A DNA stretch of 64,000 nt from a virus (IMGVR_UViG_2576861683_000003:33400-97399); one strand, 5' to 3'; positions 10,484-20,895 are shown, counted from the first letter of the stretch. The notes: generated by a model not told the origin, from the letters alone. Program-made: numbers and translations.

Positions 10484-10642
10484 TTAATACCTATGATGAG
10501 AAATAGCGCGTTGACAACGTTTAATTAAACTCGCTTTATCATTGGAACAAGAAGGATCAATGGAAAGATAAAAACTGAAGATAACAATAAGAAAAAGAGT
10601 AATAATAAAACACAAAACAATAATTAAAGATTTCCATGGCAT
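10484..10642 (-). CDS. 52-aa membrane peptide between endolysin and spanin
   Basis: Hand translation MPWKSLIIVLCFIITLFLIVIFSFYLSIDPSCSNDKASLIKRCQRAISHHRY; paralog at 46422-46580. Confidence 0.7.
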   Translation of the reverse strand: MPWKSLIIVLCFIITLFLIVIFSFYLSIDPSCSNDKASLIKRCQRAISHHRY

Positions 10643-11094
10643 AAAGCAGATTCCATTTCACGACGATTAATTAAGCCTTTCCATACTTTTCCACCAGCAT
10701 AAATCCAGTGTTTCATTTCTTCACAAGCACCATGTTGATCACCCACATTTAATTTTTTGAGTAAAGTAGAACGTGAAAATGCTGTTATTCCAACATTAAA
10801 AGCAAAAGAATATAAAGAGGCTTTAGTGTGATTATCGAGAGATACTTTAACTAAAGCATCGACTTGTTGTTGTATTTTAATAAAATCTTTTTGTAATAAA
10901 GCATCACATTCTAGCTGTGTGTATAGCCTATTCTGAATGATGTCATTGCCAGTATGGCCGTAGCAAACCGTCAGTACACCCGCAACATCATAATAGGATT
11001 TATATTTTATTCCTTCTAAATAACTAATAAGAGTTAAGGCTATAGTAACGGCACTGGTGCTACTTAATACAATTGCTTTCCGTTTTAATTGCAC
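10624..11094 (-). CDS. SAR endolysin (GH24 lysozyme)
   Basis: E-x8-D-x5-T triad (EGIKYKSYYDVAGVLT), VCYGHT, Ala/Ser-rich N-terminus; GTG start. Confidence 0.9.
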   Translation of the reverse strand: MQLKRKAIVLSSTSAVTIALTLISYLEGIKYKSYYDVAGVLTVCYGHTGNDIIQNRLYTQLECDALLQKDFIKIQQQVDALVKVSLDNHTKASLYSFAFNVGITAFSRSTLLKKLNVGDQHGACEEMKHWIYAGGKVWKGLINRREMESALCHGNL

Positions 11095-11208
11095 TTAAGA
11101 TCCTTTTTATTAAAAAGTATCATTTCATTAATATAATTAAATCTTATAATTCAATTTAGTATTCAATTATGTTATCATTAGAAAAATAAAAATTAGAGAT
11201 AAAATATA

Positions 11209-11574
11209 ATGAAAAAATTCGATATAGATAAAATAATTAAAAACTTATCGGACAATGATGTAAAAAAAATAAATCAAACCTATAACAATCAAACCAATAA
11301 AGAAGATAGTTTCAAAAAATGGTTTTTTGACACATTTATCTTTGATCGTATCTTATTTGAAGGATTATTTTTATCATTAAGCATAATGTTTTTACTCATT
11401 ATTACAATCCCAACAACATCACAAATTTTCTCTGCTTTTTTAGCCTTGATTTTTATTTATTTTTTCATTAGCTTCATAATAACCATCTATGATTGTATTA
11501 ATAATAAAATATCACTAATTTTATTTTTTAGAGTAAAGAGAATTGCAATAATGACCTACCTAATGGAAAAATGA
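11209..11574 (+). CDS. Hypothetical 2-TM membrane protein
   Basis: 121 aa, two hydrophobic helices; convergent with the DUF4225-like gene. Confidence 0.55.
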   Translation: MKKFDIDKIIKNLSDNDVKKINQTYNNQTNKEDSFKKWFFDTFIFDRILFEGLFLSLSIMFLLIITIPTTSQIFSAFLALIFIYFFISFIITIYDCINNKISLILFFRVKRIAIMTYLMEK

Positions 11575-11616
11575 TCTATTTGTAACTGAAGTGAATCAAG
11601 AGAAAATCAATCTAAC

Positions 11617-12585
11617 TTATTGAGTATTTTCATTAGATGATTCATCGTTATTATATTTCTTTAATATTAGAATAAATTTCCCCATATTGTAGCCTAAAGT
11701 AGTGAGTAATAATGGATTGCTTTGAACCCTAAATTTTCGATTGAAATCTAATGAACTCCAACGAAATAAGCGAGTACCTTTACTGGTAAATAATCTATCA
11801 AAATGCGTTGCTCTATAAGTTTTTCCTCCCATGGTGACAGGTAAATGAATAATACGATTAGGTGAATCATATTTAGCAAAAGCAGCAAATCCATTATATA
11901 GGCTGACAGTCATATCAATAACATCATAACCTATTTCACCATGACTCTCATTCAACCCCCAAAATTTAAAACTTTGTTCAATACCTTTTTTTATAGGATC
12001 TTCTCCTATATCAAATTCACCATCAGTAAACTCATATACTATATCTGATACACCTTCAAAAACTTTACCGCCACCTAACCCTATACCAATAAATCCAGCA
12101 CCTTGCATTTCTTTATTTCTAATTTTACGACCAATCTTAAATGTTAAATATCCAAAAGCACTTTGTATTCCTCCTCCTATAATAGTTTGACTGCTTTTAA
12201 GATAAAAATAATATCCCGTTCCAGAAAAAGTTTTAGTTAATTCATAAACCTCTTTGCTCCGTTTTCTTAATTGAGAATAAGCAGACATTTCAGTTTCATA
12301 CTCAGTTTCTATTTCATCGAGATACTGCATTATTTCTGGCAGATACCCCACACCAAATGCCTCTTTTGCTTTATCTCTAAAGCTGTTAGCTCGCTTATGT
12401 CTTTCTTTATGATTATATGTAGCACGATAAAAATCAGCTCGAATTAACCTCACAACTTCAGACATTTCACTTCTATAACCTTGTTTACAATAGTCGTCTG
12501 TAAGAAGATATCTAGCTGATATTTCAGATAGTTTTTTAATATCATTAGCATATCTTTCAAATTTTTCTTCAAAACTAGAAAACAT
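11617..12585 (-). CDS. DUF4225-like protein (Hcp-linked putative effector)
   Basis: GGGIQ, Gly-rich hydrophobic segment, GYDVIDMTVSLY, RLFRWSSLDFNRK; TAATG coupling to hcp; family from recall. Confidence 0.7.
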   Translation of the reverse strand: MFSSFEEKFERYANDIKKLSEISARYLLTDDYCKQGYRSEMSEVVRLIRADFYRATYNHKERHKRANSFRDKAKEAFGVGYLPEIMQYLDEIETEYETEMSAYSQLRKRSKEVYELTKTFSGTGYYFYLKSSQTIIGGGIQSAFGYLTFKIGRKIRNKEMQGAGFIGIGLGGGKVFEGVSDIVYEFTDGEFDIGEDPIKKGIEQSFKFWGLNESHGEIGYDVIDMTVSLYNGFAAFAKYDSPNRIIHLPVTMGGKTYRATHFDRLFTSKGTRLFRWSSLDFNRKFRVQSNPLLLTTLGYNMGKFILILKKYNNDESSNENTQ

Positions 12586-13064
12586 TAAAATACCCTTTCA
12601 TCCCAAATACTATAAGAACTTGTTCCTGCGGTTACATGTTCCCATGTTATTGACTTAAACCGTATTGATAATGACTCTTCGGGTTGAACTTCATTATGTG
12701 TTATAGAATTAGGATAGAAACAACTGATATTTACTATTGAAGCATCCGTTAATTTTATTTTGTAGTATAACTCCAATCCACTATTACCAGATGTTCTATA
12801 AAAGAAAAATTCACATGTTAATAACTCATTAGAGACTAATGATTGAGATAATAATGGGGAGGCCTTATCGATTGTCTTACGTATATCTATAGGTTGAAAG
12901 CTTACATTTTGATGCATTGAAAGATTTGATGAGAATTCATAAACTAAAATTTCATCTTCATGACCAGATTGATATTTATTACCAATAGAATCAAATGTAG
13001 AACACCCTTTTGAAATTAAACCTTGATTATTTCCATTTAACTTTAAATAAATAATATTTGCCAA
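12585..13064 (-). CDS. hcp: Hcp/TssD-family protein (orphan)
   Basis: IYLKLNGNNQGLISKGCST...GHEDEI...KTIDKASPLL...YYKIKLTDA...PEESLSIRFKSITWEH; probable TTG start at 13064 with GGAG RBS (159 aa). Confidence 0.88.
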   Translation of the reverse strand: MANIIYLKLNGNNQGLISKGCSTFDSIGNKYQSGHEDEILVYEFSSNLSMHQNVSFQPIDIRKTIDKASPLLSQSLVSNELLTCEFFFYRTSGNSGLELYYKIKLTDASIVNISCFYPNSITHNEVQPEESLSIRFKSITWEHVTAGTSSYSIWDERVF

Positions 13065-13284
13065 TTTATACATCTCCATTTCTAGAAAGTCATAATCCAT
13101 CATTTAATAGACATCTAATAAATAAAACCTGAAAGTCCATTTAATTAAGAATAGTTTAACAATCAAATATTACTTACTATATAAACAACTGAATAATATT
13201 CAATTGTTTTATTGCGTTATTAAAATTAAAAATATTTAAATTATACTTAAGATAAATAATTCTTATTAAGAAGTTATTTATATT

Positions 13285-14310
13285 TTATGTATTTCTTAAA
13301 TAATTATTTATCTCCCCTTTCGTCACCTCAAATCTCTCCTTCTCTAACTCCACTCCCAACACGTTTCTATTTAACTTTAATCCCGCCTTTATCGTTGCCC
13401 CTGATCCCATAAAGAAATCGGCCACTAAGTCCCCTTCACGACTACTAGAACGAATAATATGTTCCATCAGATCTGAAGGTTTCTCGCAAGGGTGTTTGCC
13501 GGGGTAATATTGCACTGGAGGATATGTCCACACATCAGTGTAAGGAACATCAGCCGTAACAAAAAAAGGACGCTTCAATAATCCGTATTCTTCAACCAAT
13601 ACTTGATAACGTATCTGAGAAATTTTATGTTCTGACAGCAAATCATCATAGGTACGTGATAACGGTGATAACTGATCAATATGCGTAGCTCGTTGTGAAA
13701 ATAATATTTGTAACTTTTGATAATCATCCTTTAATGGTAATTGCCACTGACTGCGACCAAACCAGTGATTAGCCATTTTCTTCCCTGTAACTTTATTTAT
13801 TTGTTTAACACTAACCTGTAATGCTGATCGTGCATCGATAAAATAATCCATAAGAGGTTTAAATACTCGTTGCTTGAGTTCACGACACTTTATAACAAAC
13901 TCAGCCCCTTTTGCTTGTACTGGCCTTTGATAATGTTCCGCAAACAATATTCGTTCTGTCGAAGGAAAAAACGTACGCAGGCTTTCTTTATTCTGACGTC
14001 TCCAAGGGCCTGAAGGTTTAGCCCAAATAATATGACTTAACATATTAAATCGCCCTTTTACTAATAATTCAGTATCAGAGGCAAGCTTAGAGCCACAAAA
14101 CAAATACAAGCTTCCATTCGGTTTCAATACTCGCCAAAACTCAGTTAATACGTCATCTAGCCACGCTAAGTATTCAGCTTCATTTGCCCACTGATTATCC
14201 CATGCACAAGATTTAACCCGAAAATAAGGGGGATCTGTCACTATCAAATCAATACAATTCTCTGGTAACGCTTTCAGCACAATTAATGCGTCATTATTAT
14301 ATAATTGCAT
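13285..14310 (-). CDS. DNA methyltransferase (N4/N6, beta-class order)
   Basis: DPPY first, HPCEKP, DFFMGSG; paralog of 49338-50357. Confidence 0.9.
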   Translation of the reverse strand: MQLYNNDALIVLKALPENCIDLIVTDPPYFRVKSCAWDNQWANEAEYLAWLDDVLTEFWRVLKPNGSLYLFCGSKLASDTELLVKGRFNMLSHIIWAKPSGPWRRQNKESLRTFFPSTERILFAEHYQRPVQAKGAEFVIKCRELKQRVFKPLMDYFIDARSALQVSVKQINKVTGKKMANHWFGRSQWQLPLKDDYQKLQILFSQRATHIDQLSPLSRTYDDLLSEHKISQIRYQVLVEEYGLLKRPFFVTADVPYTDVWTYPPVQYYPGKHPCEKPSDLMEHIIRSSSREGDLVADFFMGSGATIKAGLKLNRNVLGVELEKERFEVTKGEINNYLRNT

Positions 14311-14407
14311 CTATATCCTTTATTGAGGCAACAAAAAAGCCAGAAATTATCAAATTTCTGACTTGTATTTATATTTAATATAAAAGAGTGCAAAAACAGG
14401 TGGTAAT

Positions 14408-14791
14408 TTATAGCTCTTTTATTGGATATGTTTTTTCCGTTTTAGCACCATCACTATAAATTTCAGAAATCGTGATATCCCCACCATTTACAGAATATTT
14501 CACAATGCTATCTAGAGGATCATCCCTCCATCGACCAATACTATCAGCATTATTTGATGCCCAAATTACCTTTTCACCGTTTAGCTTGCATTTAATAGCC
14601 CAGCGACTGTTATCTACTGAACGAATGTAATGAACATAAGCAATACCGTTTTCAATAGTATCTAATTGCATAATCTTATGATCTCGACCAAACATGGTTG
14701 CCGCAGACGCTTTACATACTTGCCCTACATCGACATTTTGTGCAAATACAGAAGAACTAAACAGTAGTGATAATAATAAGATTTTTTTCAC
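14408..14791 (-). CDS. Hypothetical secreted/periplasmic protein
   Basis: Sec signal MKKILLLSLLFSSSVFA; two Cys. Confidence 0.7.
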   Translation of the reverse strand: MKKILLLSLLFSSSVFAQNVDVGQVCKASAATMFGRDHKIMQLDTIENGIAYVHYIRSVDNSRWAIKCKLNGEKVIWASNNADSIGRWRDDPLDSIVKYSVNGGDITISEIYSDGAKTEKTYPIKEL

Positions 14792-14976
14792 AAATTTAAT
14801 CTCTCATTTAAGATAAGTCATTATGCATATCGTCAATTAATCGAAAAGCTTTATCTTGAATTTTTATTTATAAAACAATTATTCAATCTTATCTTTATCT
14901 ACGGTTTATCAAGTGTAAATTCATCTTTTATGCAAGAAAAATACAAACTAATACCTTTTCTTATAATATAAAGTAT

Positions 14977-15183
14977 TTAATCAATTCTTTTACTTGTTCG
15001 CTTATAAAAATCATCTTGTTTTAAAATTAATTCCGCCATTTCTAATTGAGTGAGTAAAAACTCACAACTTTCATAACTGAGTTTAGATTCACTTACGATT
15101 TCTATTATATTCTTACACGTACTTTGTGATATCATTTCTAATATATCATATGCCTGAATAGTCATATCACTCTGTTTTATCAT
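14977..15183 (-). CDS. Small wHTH-like phage protein
   Basis: Paralog of 50432-50626 (KQ.DMT.QA, CEFLLTQ.E.A). Confidence 0.7.
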   Translation of the reverse strand: MIKQSDMTIQAYDILEMISQSTCKNIIEIVSESKLSYESCEFLLTQLEMAELILKQDDFYKRTSKRID

Positions 15184-15488
15184 GATATTTCACACCTTTA
15201 TTTTAAACAAATAATATATCTAAAGGTGTAACTCTTCATCCTATAAACAGCAAGTTCTTTTGTCAGATTATTTTTAAATAAATAACTTTATTGATAATTA
15301 TAAAAACAAAAATATTAATTTATATATTTAAGATATTTTTATAAATAGAAATACTAATCTACTACATTTAAAAATAGGAATCACTTCAATTGAAAAAATA
15401 CAATAATTATTTAAAATAAAAAATGTTAACCGATGTATTAACAAATTACTTATAATACATTATTTCATCAAACTCATATGGGTATATT

Positions 15489-15761
15489 ATGATTAATAAA
15501 AATTGGCATGCAGCAGATATTATCGCATCATTAAAGAAAAAAGGGACAACGTTAGCAGAGATCTCCAGAGGTGCTGGTTTAAGTTCCTCAACTCTAGCTA
15601 ATGCGTTGTCCCGACCATGGCCTAAAGGTGAACAAATTATCGCTCAAAAACTTAATTTGCCACCCTCAACAATATGGCCTGAAAGATATTTTGATGAAAA
15701 CGGAAATCAAATTATCCGAAAGACAAGAGAACAAAAATTTAATGATAAAAATAAAGAATAG
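15489..15761 (+). CDS. Ner/Nlp(SfsB)-family DNA-binding protein
   Basis: WHAADIIASLKKKGTTLA...LSSSTLANALSRPWPKGEQIIA...IWPERY. Confidence 0.88.
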   Translation: MINKNWHAADIIASLKKKGTTLAEISRGAGLSSSTLANALSRPWPKGEQIIAQKLNLPPSTIWPERYFDENGNQIIRKTREQKFNDKNKE

Positions 15762-15769
15762 ATTCATCA

Positions 15770-16030
15770 TTAGCAATATTTATTATAATATAATTCAATG
15801 ATATCTTCTGCCAGATTATCATTAACAGTATAAAAATAACATTCAGGCAAATTAAGTACTTTGGCTAGCTTACATACCATATCAAAGCTTGGTTTATGTA
15901 ACCCAGACTCGTATTGCGAAATTCTAGAACGAGAACTAGCTATTTCCATTCCAACTAAAGCACCTAATCTTGCCTGAGTTAACTTTGCCCTTTTACGGGC
16001 ATATCTCAATCTAATAGGAACCATAATCAA
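15770..16030 (-). CDS. XRE-family HTH regulator
   Basis: RLRYARKRAKLTQARLG...ISQYESGLHKP...LNLPECYFY. Confidence 0.85.
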   Translation of the reverse strand: MIMVPIRLRYARKRAKLTQARLGALVGMEIASSRSRISQYESGLHKPSFDMVCKLAKVLNLPECYFYTVNDNLAEDIIELYYNKYC

Positions 16031-16197
16031 AAACTAATTAATATTTTAAATTCATAATGGTTTTGTGATTTTTATCTTCATTATCCTCCTTATAATAAAT
16101 ACTTGGTAAACTCTGTAAATGTGACATTATTATATTAATGTTTTTATTTTATATCATAAAGTAAAAAAACGCGTATAGCACTTTTTTAAAACGAATT

Positions 16198-16458
16198 TTA
16201 TAGTGGATTATATTTTTCATTATAAATAAAAATTAGCTCTTCTGCGAATTCATCATTTAAAGTGTAAAAATAATTTTCTGGTACTTTCAATATTTTGGCA
16301 AATCGGCAAATAGTTTCAAAATTAGGACGATGTGTGCCTGACTCATATTGGCAAACTCTAATTTTAGCTGACTCCTCATCTATCCCAGCTAAAATCCCCA
16401 ACTCCTCTTGAGTTAATTCAACTCTTGCTCTTGCCGTTTTTAGTCTTTTAGGGATCAT
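16198..16458 (-). CDS. XRE-family HTH regulator (paralog of 15770-16030)
   Basis: RLKTARARVELTQEELG...VCQYESGTHRP...LKVPENYFY. Confidence 0.85.
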   Translation of the reverse strand: MIPKRLKTARARVELTQEELGILAGIDEESAKIRVCQYESGTHRPNFETICRFAKILKVPENYFYTLNDEFAEELIFIYNEKYNPL

Positions 16459-16684
16459 AATAACTCTAACATTTAAAATGAAGATGTAAGTTTATATCAT
16501 AAAAATTCAAACCTTAAAAATTAAGCATTACTTAACAAGATTAGGCTATATAAACATTAATTAAAGTAGTATTTGATGTTTCATTATTTAATATTACCAT
16601 TTTAGATAAATTATAAGCTAGGTAAATATCTTTATTTTTATTAGATTAACAGCTAATTTGCGTAGCGCGTTAATACTTTTTTAT

Positions 16685-17079
16685 TTAATTTGTTTTCTTA
16701 TAACAAGAAACTTCATGATCCATCTCTAAACGTATTTCTAACATTGCCAGCCCACCTTCAACAAAACCCTCTGCGACTTGTATAATTTGACGAACTCGGC
16801 TTTCACTTATTTTCCAACGCCTCGCAATACTTCTTTTAGGATGCTGATAAATATAATGTAATATAAGTGCATTCACCTCTTCTTCTTTTCTCAGTTGTTT
16901 AGGCGAGCGATAGCTGAATCAATGATCAATCCATCATCATCGCAACAACTTATACGAGATGATGATTGATAAGGTAATATCCCTTTAAAACCCGCAGCAA
17001 TATGAGAATAATCCACACCACTTTGTACATCAGATGCCCAAGCACCCCATCGTTCTAATACTTGCTGTATATCTCTCAT
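16685..17079 (-). pseudogene. Antiterminator Q, split by a 1-nt frameshift
   Basis: [14 protein letters not shown]...CCDDDGLII ends at TGA 16891-16893; one extra A restores [17 protein letters not shown]...AEGFVEG. Confidence 0.8.
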
Positions 17080-17092
17080 GTCGCAAATACCT

Positions 17093-18163
17093 TTATCCAA
17101 TACTATTGTGGTGTGTTGAACGCGCAATTAACTGTGCGGACTGATACCAAATTTCTTTCCAAAGCGCTTTAGCATTATGAATATGCATTCGCCCTAAACC
17201 ACGTTGTAAGGCGATTTTTTTCGCGAGGATCTGAAGGGCTGTTTTAGGCTTCCATGCTGAACTAAATAACAGACTAAATGTGTTATCTCTTTCAGCACAA
17301 TCGATTTCAATAGGGATCTCACCCTCCTTTAAGCACCGCCCATTTTGATAAGCCGGTCGTCCTTTTAATTGCCATTTTTTCGCTTTATCAAGATACTCTG
17401 CACAATTGTTTTTATGGAACAGAGTTTTAGGTCTTAAATAATCCTGCATTTTATTATCATTAAGCCATTTTGCTGTTAGGTAATCGGTAATTAAGATCAA
17501 TTCATCAACTTGAAAACCATCAGCTAACCTCGCTCGAACATAGCTCAACGTGGTTTGACATTCTCGATAATGGGAGTGGGTTTTTTTATTAAAATAGCGA
17601 ATAATGTCTATTTCAGGTCGCTCACGATTTGATAATGAGCAATCTGAACAAGATCTTTTAAGGTTACTCTTTGTAGTAATCTTTGTTGTATTCTCTGTAA
17701 GAAGAGCCCTACTTGAACCGTTCTGAGACTGACTTTTGCTTCCCTTCGATTGTTCCTGTTTGGCACCATCGAATGCACGTATTTTCGTTTTATTATCACT
17801 ACCTTCTTCACTCGTATTTTGCTCTTCATCTACTGTTTTCAAAATCTTATGCTGATAATTAATACTATAAAAGTTAGTACGATCATGAAGGTGTTTGTTG
17901 AGCTGTCTCACTTCAATCAATCCAGCCGTTCGAAGATGAGTAAAGACGCGTTTTAGTGTTGATAGAGATAAGTAGGGAAACTGTAAATGCCAATCAGGTA
18001 ATGTATTGTAGATCCATCGCCGTCCTTCATATTCAACACCCGATGTTGTTTCTGTTATCCAATAATGTAATTGTTGCAAAACAATTGCTTCGTATAACCC
18101 AATTTGAATGGCTAATTCAGGTATGACTATCTGAGGACGTGTTTTTTCCATTAATAATTTCAT
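17093..18163 (-). CDS. Phage replication initiation protein
   Basis: N-terminus homologous to 55398-56492 ([23 protein letters not shown]); C-terminal YLRPKTLF domain. Confidence 0.8.
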   Translation of the reverse strand: MKLLMEKTRPQIVIPELAIQIGLYEAIVLQQLHYWITETTSGVEYEGRRWIYNTLPDWHLQFPYLSLSTLKRVFTHLRTAGLIEVRQLNKHLHDRTNFYSINYQHKILKTVDEEQNTSEEGSDNKTKIRAFDGAKQEQSKGSKSQSQNGSSRALLTENTTKITTKSNLKRSCSDCSLSNRERPEIDIIRYFNKKTHSHYRECQTTLSYVRARLADGFQVDELILITDYLTAKWLNDNKMQDYLRPKTLFHKNNCAEYLDKAKKWQLKGRPAYQNGRCLKEGEIPIEIDCAERDNTFSLLFSSAWKPKTALQILAKKIALQRGLGRMHIHNAKALWKEIWYQSAQLIARSTHHNSIG

Positions 18164-18484
18164 GTGAATTCCTTTTTCTACCATTCTTTTAAAAAAAAGA
18201 TGCGCATCAAATTAAAAATAATTTAATTGAAAAAATAACAAAAGATGGTAATTCCACTTTTGTTTTGTAAAATATTCCGTTGCATTAATTTTAATTAGCA
18301 CACTTAACGAAAAAATCTAATTCGTTATTACTATTGAAACTATCGTGAGTTAAATTAATAGGATTAATTTAAATAACATCTTTATAGATTAAATTAATCA
18401 GTTATCGATTACGCTATTAAAATTAACAAATAGAGAATGGACACGCAAATCATTTTTACTTAAATAAAAGGAAATGGGAATTAC

Positions 18485-19144
18485 ATGAGAAACAAAATGC
18501 ATACCCGAATTAGAGAGCGTCGATTGCAATTAGCTTTAACACAAGAGTCATTAGCAAAGATGTTAAGTGTCAGCCGAGTTTCTATTACAAAATGGGAAAC
18601 CCAAGTCACCGAGCCCGATGGGGAAAACTTACAAATGCTGGCTAAAGTTCTTGAAGTTTCACCCGAATGGTTACTTTATGGTGGAACATCATCCGATGCT
18701 GATGCATTAATAATCACACGCAAGACAATGAATATTCGTCAAATTCCCGTTATCACACTAGAGCAAACCCTTGATTGGAATGCACGTTATGAAACATTAA
18801 GATTGAGTGATATTCAAACTTGGTGTTATGCGACAGTACCTGTTTCTGAGCAGGCTTATGGGCTTGTGTATCAAGGTGAATCAATGACTAACCCTTACTC
18901 GCTCCCCTCCATACCAAAGGGCTCAACGATTATTATCGAGCCGGAATTTAAAAATAATATTGAATTATATGGAAAAATAATCATCGCGAAAAATAGTATT
19001 ACCCATGATGTGGTAATTAAGAAATTGATATCAGAACCCCCTCATCTTTATTTGGTTTCATTAAATACCGCCTTTACGCCTATATTATTAACTCATGATT
19101 ATCAAATTATTGGTTATGTGATACAAATTATTCAAACACTTTAA
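18485..19144 (+). CDS. CI/LexA-like repressor (HTH + S24)
   Basis: RIRERRLQLALTQESLA HTH; GESM Ser and IKKL Lys. Confidence 0.85.
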   Translation: MRNKMHTRIRERRLQLALTQESLAKMLSVSRVSITKWETQVTEPDGENLQMLAKVLEVSPEWLLYGGTSSDADALIITRKTMNIRQIPVITLEQTLDWNARYETLRLSDIQTWCYATVPVSEQAYGLVYQGESMTNPYSLPSIPKGSTIIIEPEFKNNIELYGKIIIAKNSITHDVVIKKLISEPPHLYLVSLNTAFTPILLTHDYQIIGYVIQIIQTL

Positions 19145-19400
19145 CTTATTTAGTTTAATTTATTGAGCTGGATCACTTCAGCTCAATATGTACTTCCCCT
19201 TACAGTGTTATTGTCTATAAAGAAACATAGAGTACAATTAATCACAATTAACAAACACCCTCTCATTTAAAAAATAAAGAAACAAAAGACGAAAAATATA
19301 ATTACATATTAATTAGTCATCAAATAAATACAGCATTCATTTATTTAAAATAAAGGAATAATCATTATTAATTCATTTTTAATAATATAAGGAAAGAATA

Positions 19401-19643
19401 ATGCAAGTATTAACATTAAAAGAATGGGCTGAGAAACGATACAAAAGTCGTCCGCCGTCTCTCACCACATTAAGTCGCTATGCGCGATTAGGTTTTTTCT
19501 GCCCTCCCGCAAGGAAAGAAGGTGGCATGTGGCGAGTAAGAGAAGATGCAGATTTAGTCGGCATGTTAGCTATCCCTTCAATCAATACCTTTGATGATCC
19601 AATATTAAGGAAGATACTGAAAGATGATCGGACGACCTCGTGA
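19401..19643 (+). CDS. xis: Excisionase
   Basis: LTLKEWA...PPARKEGGMWRVREDA; overlaps int; paralog of 62650-62892. Confidence 0.88.
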   Translation: MQVLTLKEWAEKRYKSRPPSLTTLSRYARLGFFCPPARKEGGMWRVREDADLVGMLAIPSINTFDDPILRKILKDDRTTS

Positions 19644-20751
19644 GAAAAACATTGATATCCCAAATTTATATACAACGTATCACCCAAGAATGCGAAAAAT
19701 GTATTGGCGATATCGTCATCCTATAACGGGTAAATTTCATTCTTTGGGCGCAGATGAAACTCAAGCACGACTAATCGCCATCGAAGCCAATAGCCGTATT
19801 GCAGAGCAAAGAACGCGTCAAATTCTAGCCATCAGTGATCGTATTGCAACTGACAAAGATGAGTCGATTACGGTTGCCACATGGTTAGATCGTTATTGGA
19901 ATATCCAAAAAGAGCGCTTAGATCAAGGAGAGATACAACTTGCCACCTATCGACAAAAGAAAAAACCCATCGCCCTTATGCGCCAAAAATTAGCTTTACT
20001 CCCATTGGATAAAGTAGGTACTCGAGATTTGGTCAGTATTCTCGACGAGTATAAAACGGCGGGACAATCGCGTATGGCACAGGTCGTTAGATCCGTTTTT
20101 AGTGATATTTTTAAAGAAGCACAACATGCGGGTGAAGTTCCACCAGGTTATAACCCCGCATTGGCAACCAAAAGGCCAAAAACTCGGATAAAACGTCAAA
20201 GATTGACTTTAGATGAGTGGCATCAGATTTATGATTTAGCAGACAAACAACACCGTTATATGGGTAATGCGATGCTCCTTGCTATCGTAACAGGTCAGCG
20301 TATTAGCGATATCTCACGGATGCGTTTTCAAGATATTTGGGATGACCATTTACATGTTGTTCAAGGAAAAACGGGCGCTAAAGTGGCCATTCCCCTTTCT
20401 TTACGCAATCAGGCCATCAATGTTTCACTTAAAGAAATCGTTGACCGCTGTCGTGATCGCGTGGTAAGCCACTATTTAATTCACTATTTTCGGAGTACAT
20501 CACAAGGGCAACGAGGAGGTCCAGTCACCGCAAATACGATGACAACGAATTTCACCAAAGCAAGAAATAAAACCAATATTGATTGGGGTGAAGGAATGCC
20601 AGCGTCCTTTCATGAGCAACGTTCATTATCAGAACGTTTATATCGAAAACAGGGTATCGATACGCAAGCTTTATTAGGACATGCCACTCGAGCACAGACA
20701 GACCGTTATAATGATGTTCGTGGAAAAGAATGGATAACCATCGCGTGTTAA
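19624..20751 (+). CDS. int: Tyrosine integrase, phage-21/lambda type
   Basis: Arm-binding N-terminus; TGQR, FHEQRSLSERLY, LLGH, RYND catalytic residues. Confidence 0.93.
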   Translation: MIGRPREKNIDIPNLYTTYHPRMRKMYWRYRHPITGKFHSLGADETQARLIAIEANSRIAEQRTRQILAISDRIATDKDESITVATWLDRYWNIQKERLDQGEIQLATYRQKKKPIALMRQKLALLPLDKVGTRDLVSILDEYKTAGQSRMAQVVRSVFSDIFKEAQHAGEVPPGYNPALATKRPKTRIKRQRLTLDEWHQIYDLADKQHRYMGNAMLLAIVTGQRISDISRMRFQDIWDDHLHVVQGKTGAKVAIPLSLRNQAINVSLKEIVDRCRDRVVSHYLIHYFRSTSQGQRGGPVTANTMTTNFTKARNKTNIDWGEGMPASFHEQRSLSERLYRKQGIDTQALLGHATRAQTDRYNDVRGKEWITIAC

Positions 20752-20882
20752 TCTTATTTCTGACCTTATTTTAATTCATCAGATAATCTGCAAATGATAA
20801 TTTTCGCCACGTTTATCATGCGGTTTGCAGATTATTTTCTTTCTTTTCCATTTCGCCATAAACAAAACCTTATCGCCTCTTT

Positions 20883-20895
20883 TAACGTGTTGATT
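20883..20895 (-). promoter_or_regulatory. IHF consensus site in att arm of prophage 1
   Basis: AATCAACACGTTA on minus strand matches WATCAANNNNTTR. Confidence 0.5.

Noticed and set aside
11617-13103. A complete T6SS
   Set aside because: Only hcp is present; no sheath, baseplate, vgrG or PAAR genes in the window
15770-16458. Calling the XRE genes mrpJ
   Set aside because: They lack the SQQQFSRYE-type motif and any fimbrial context
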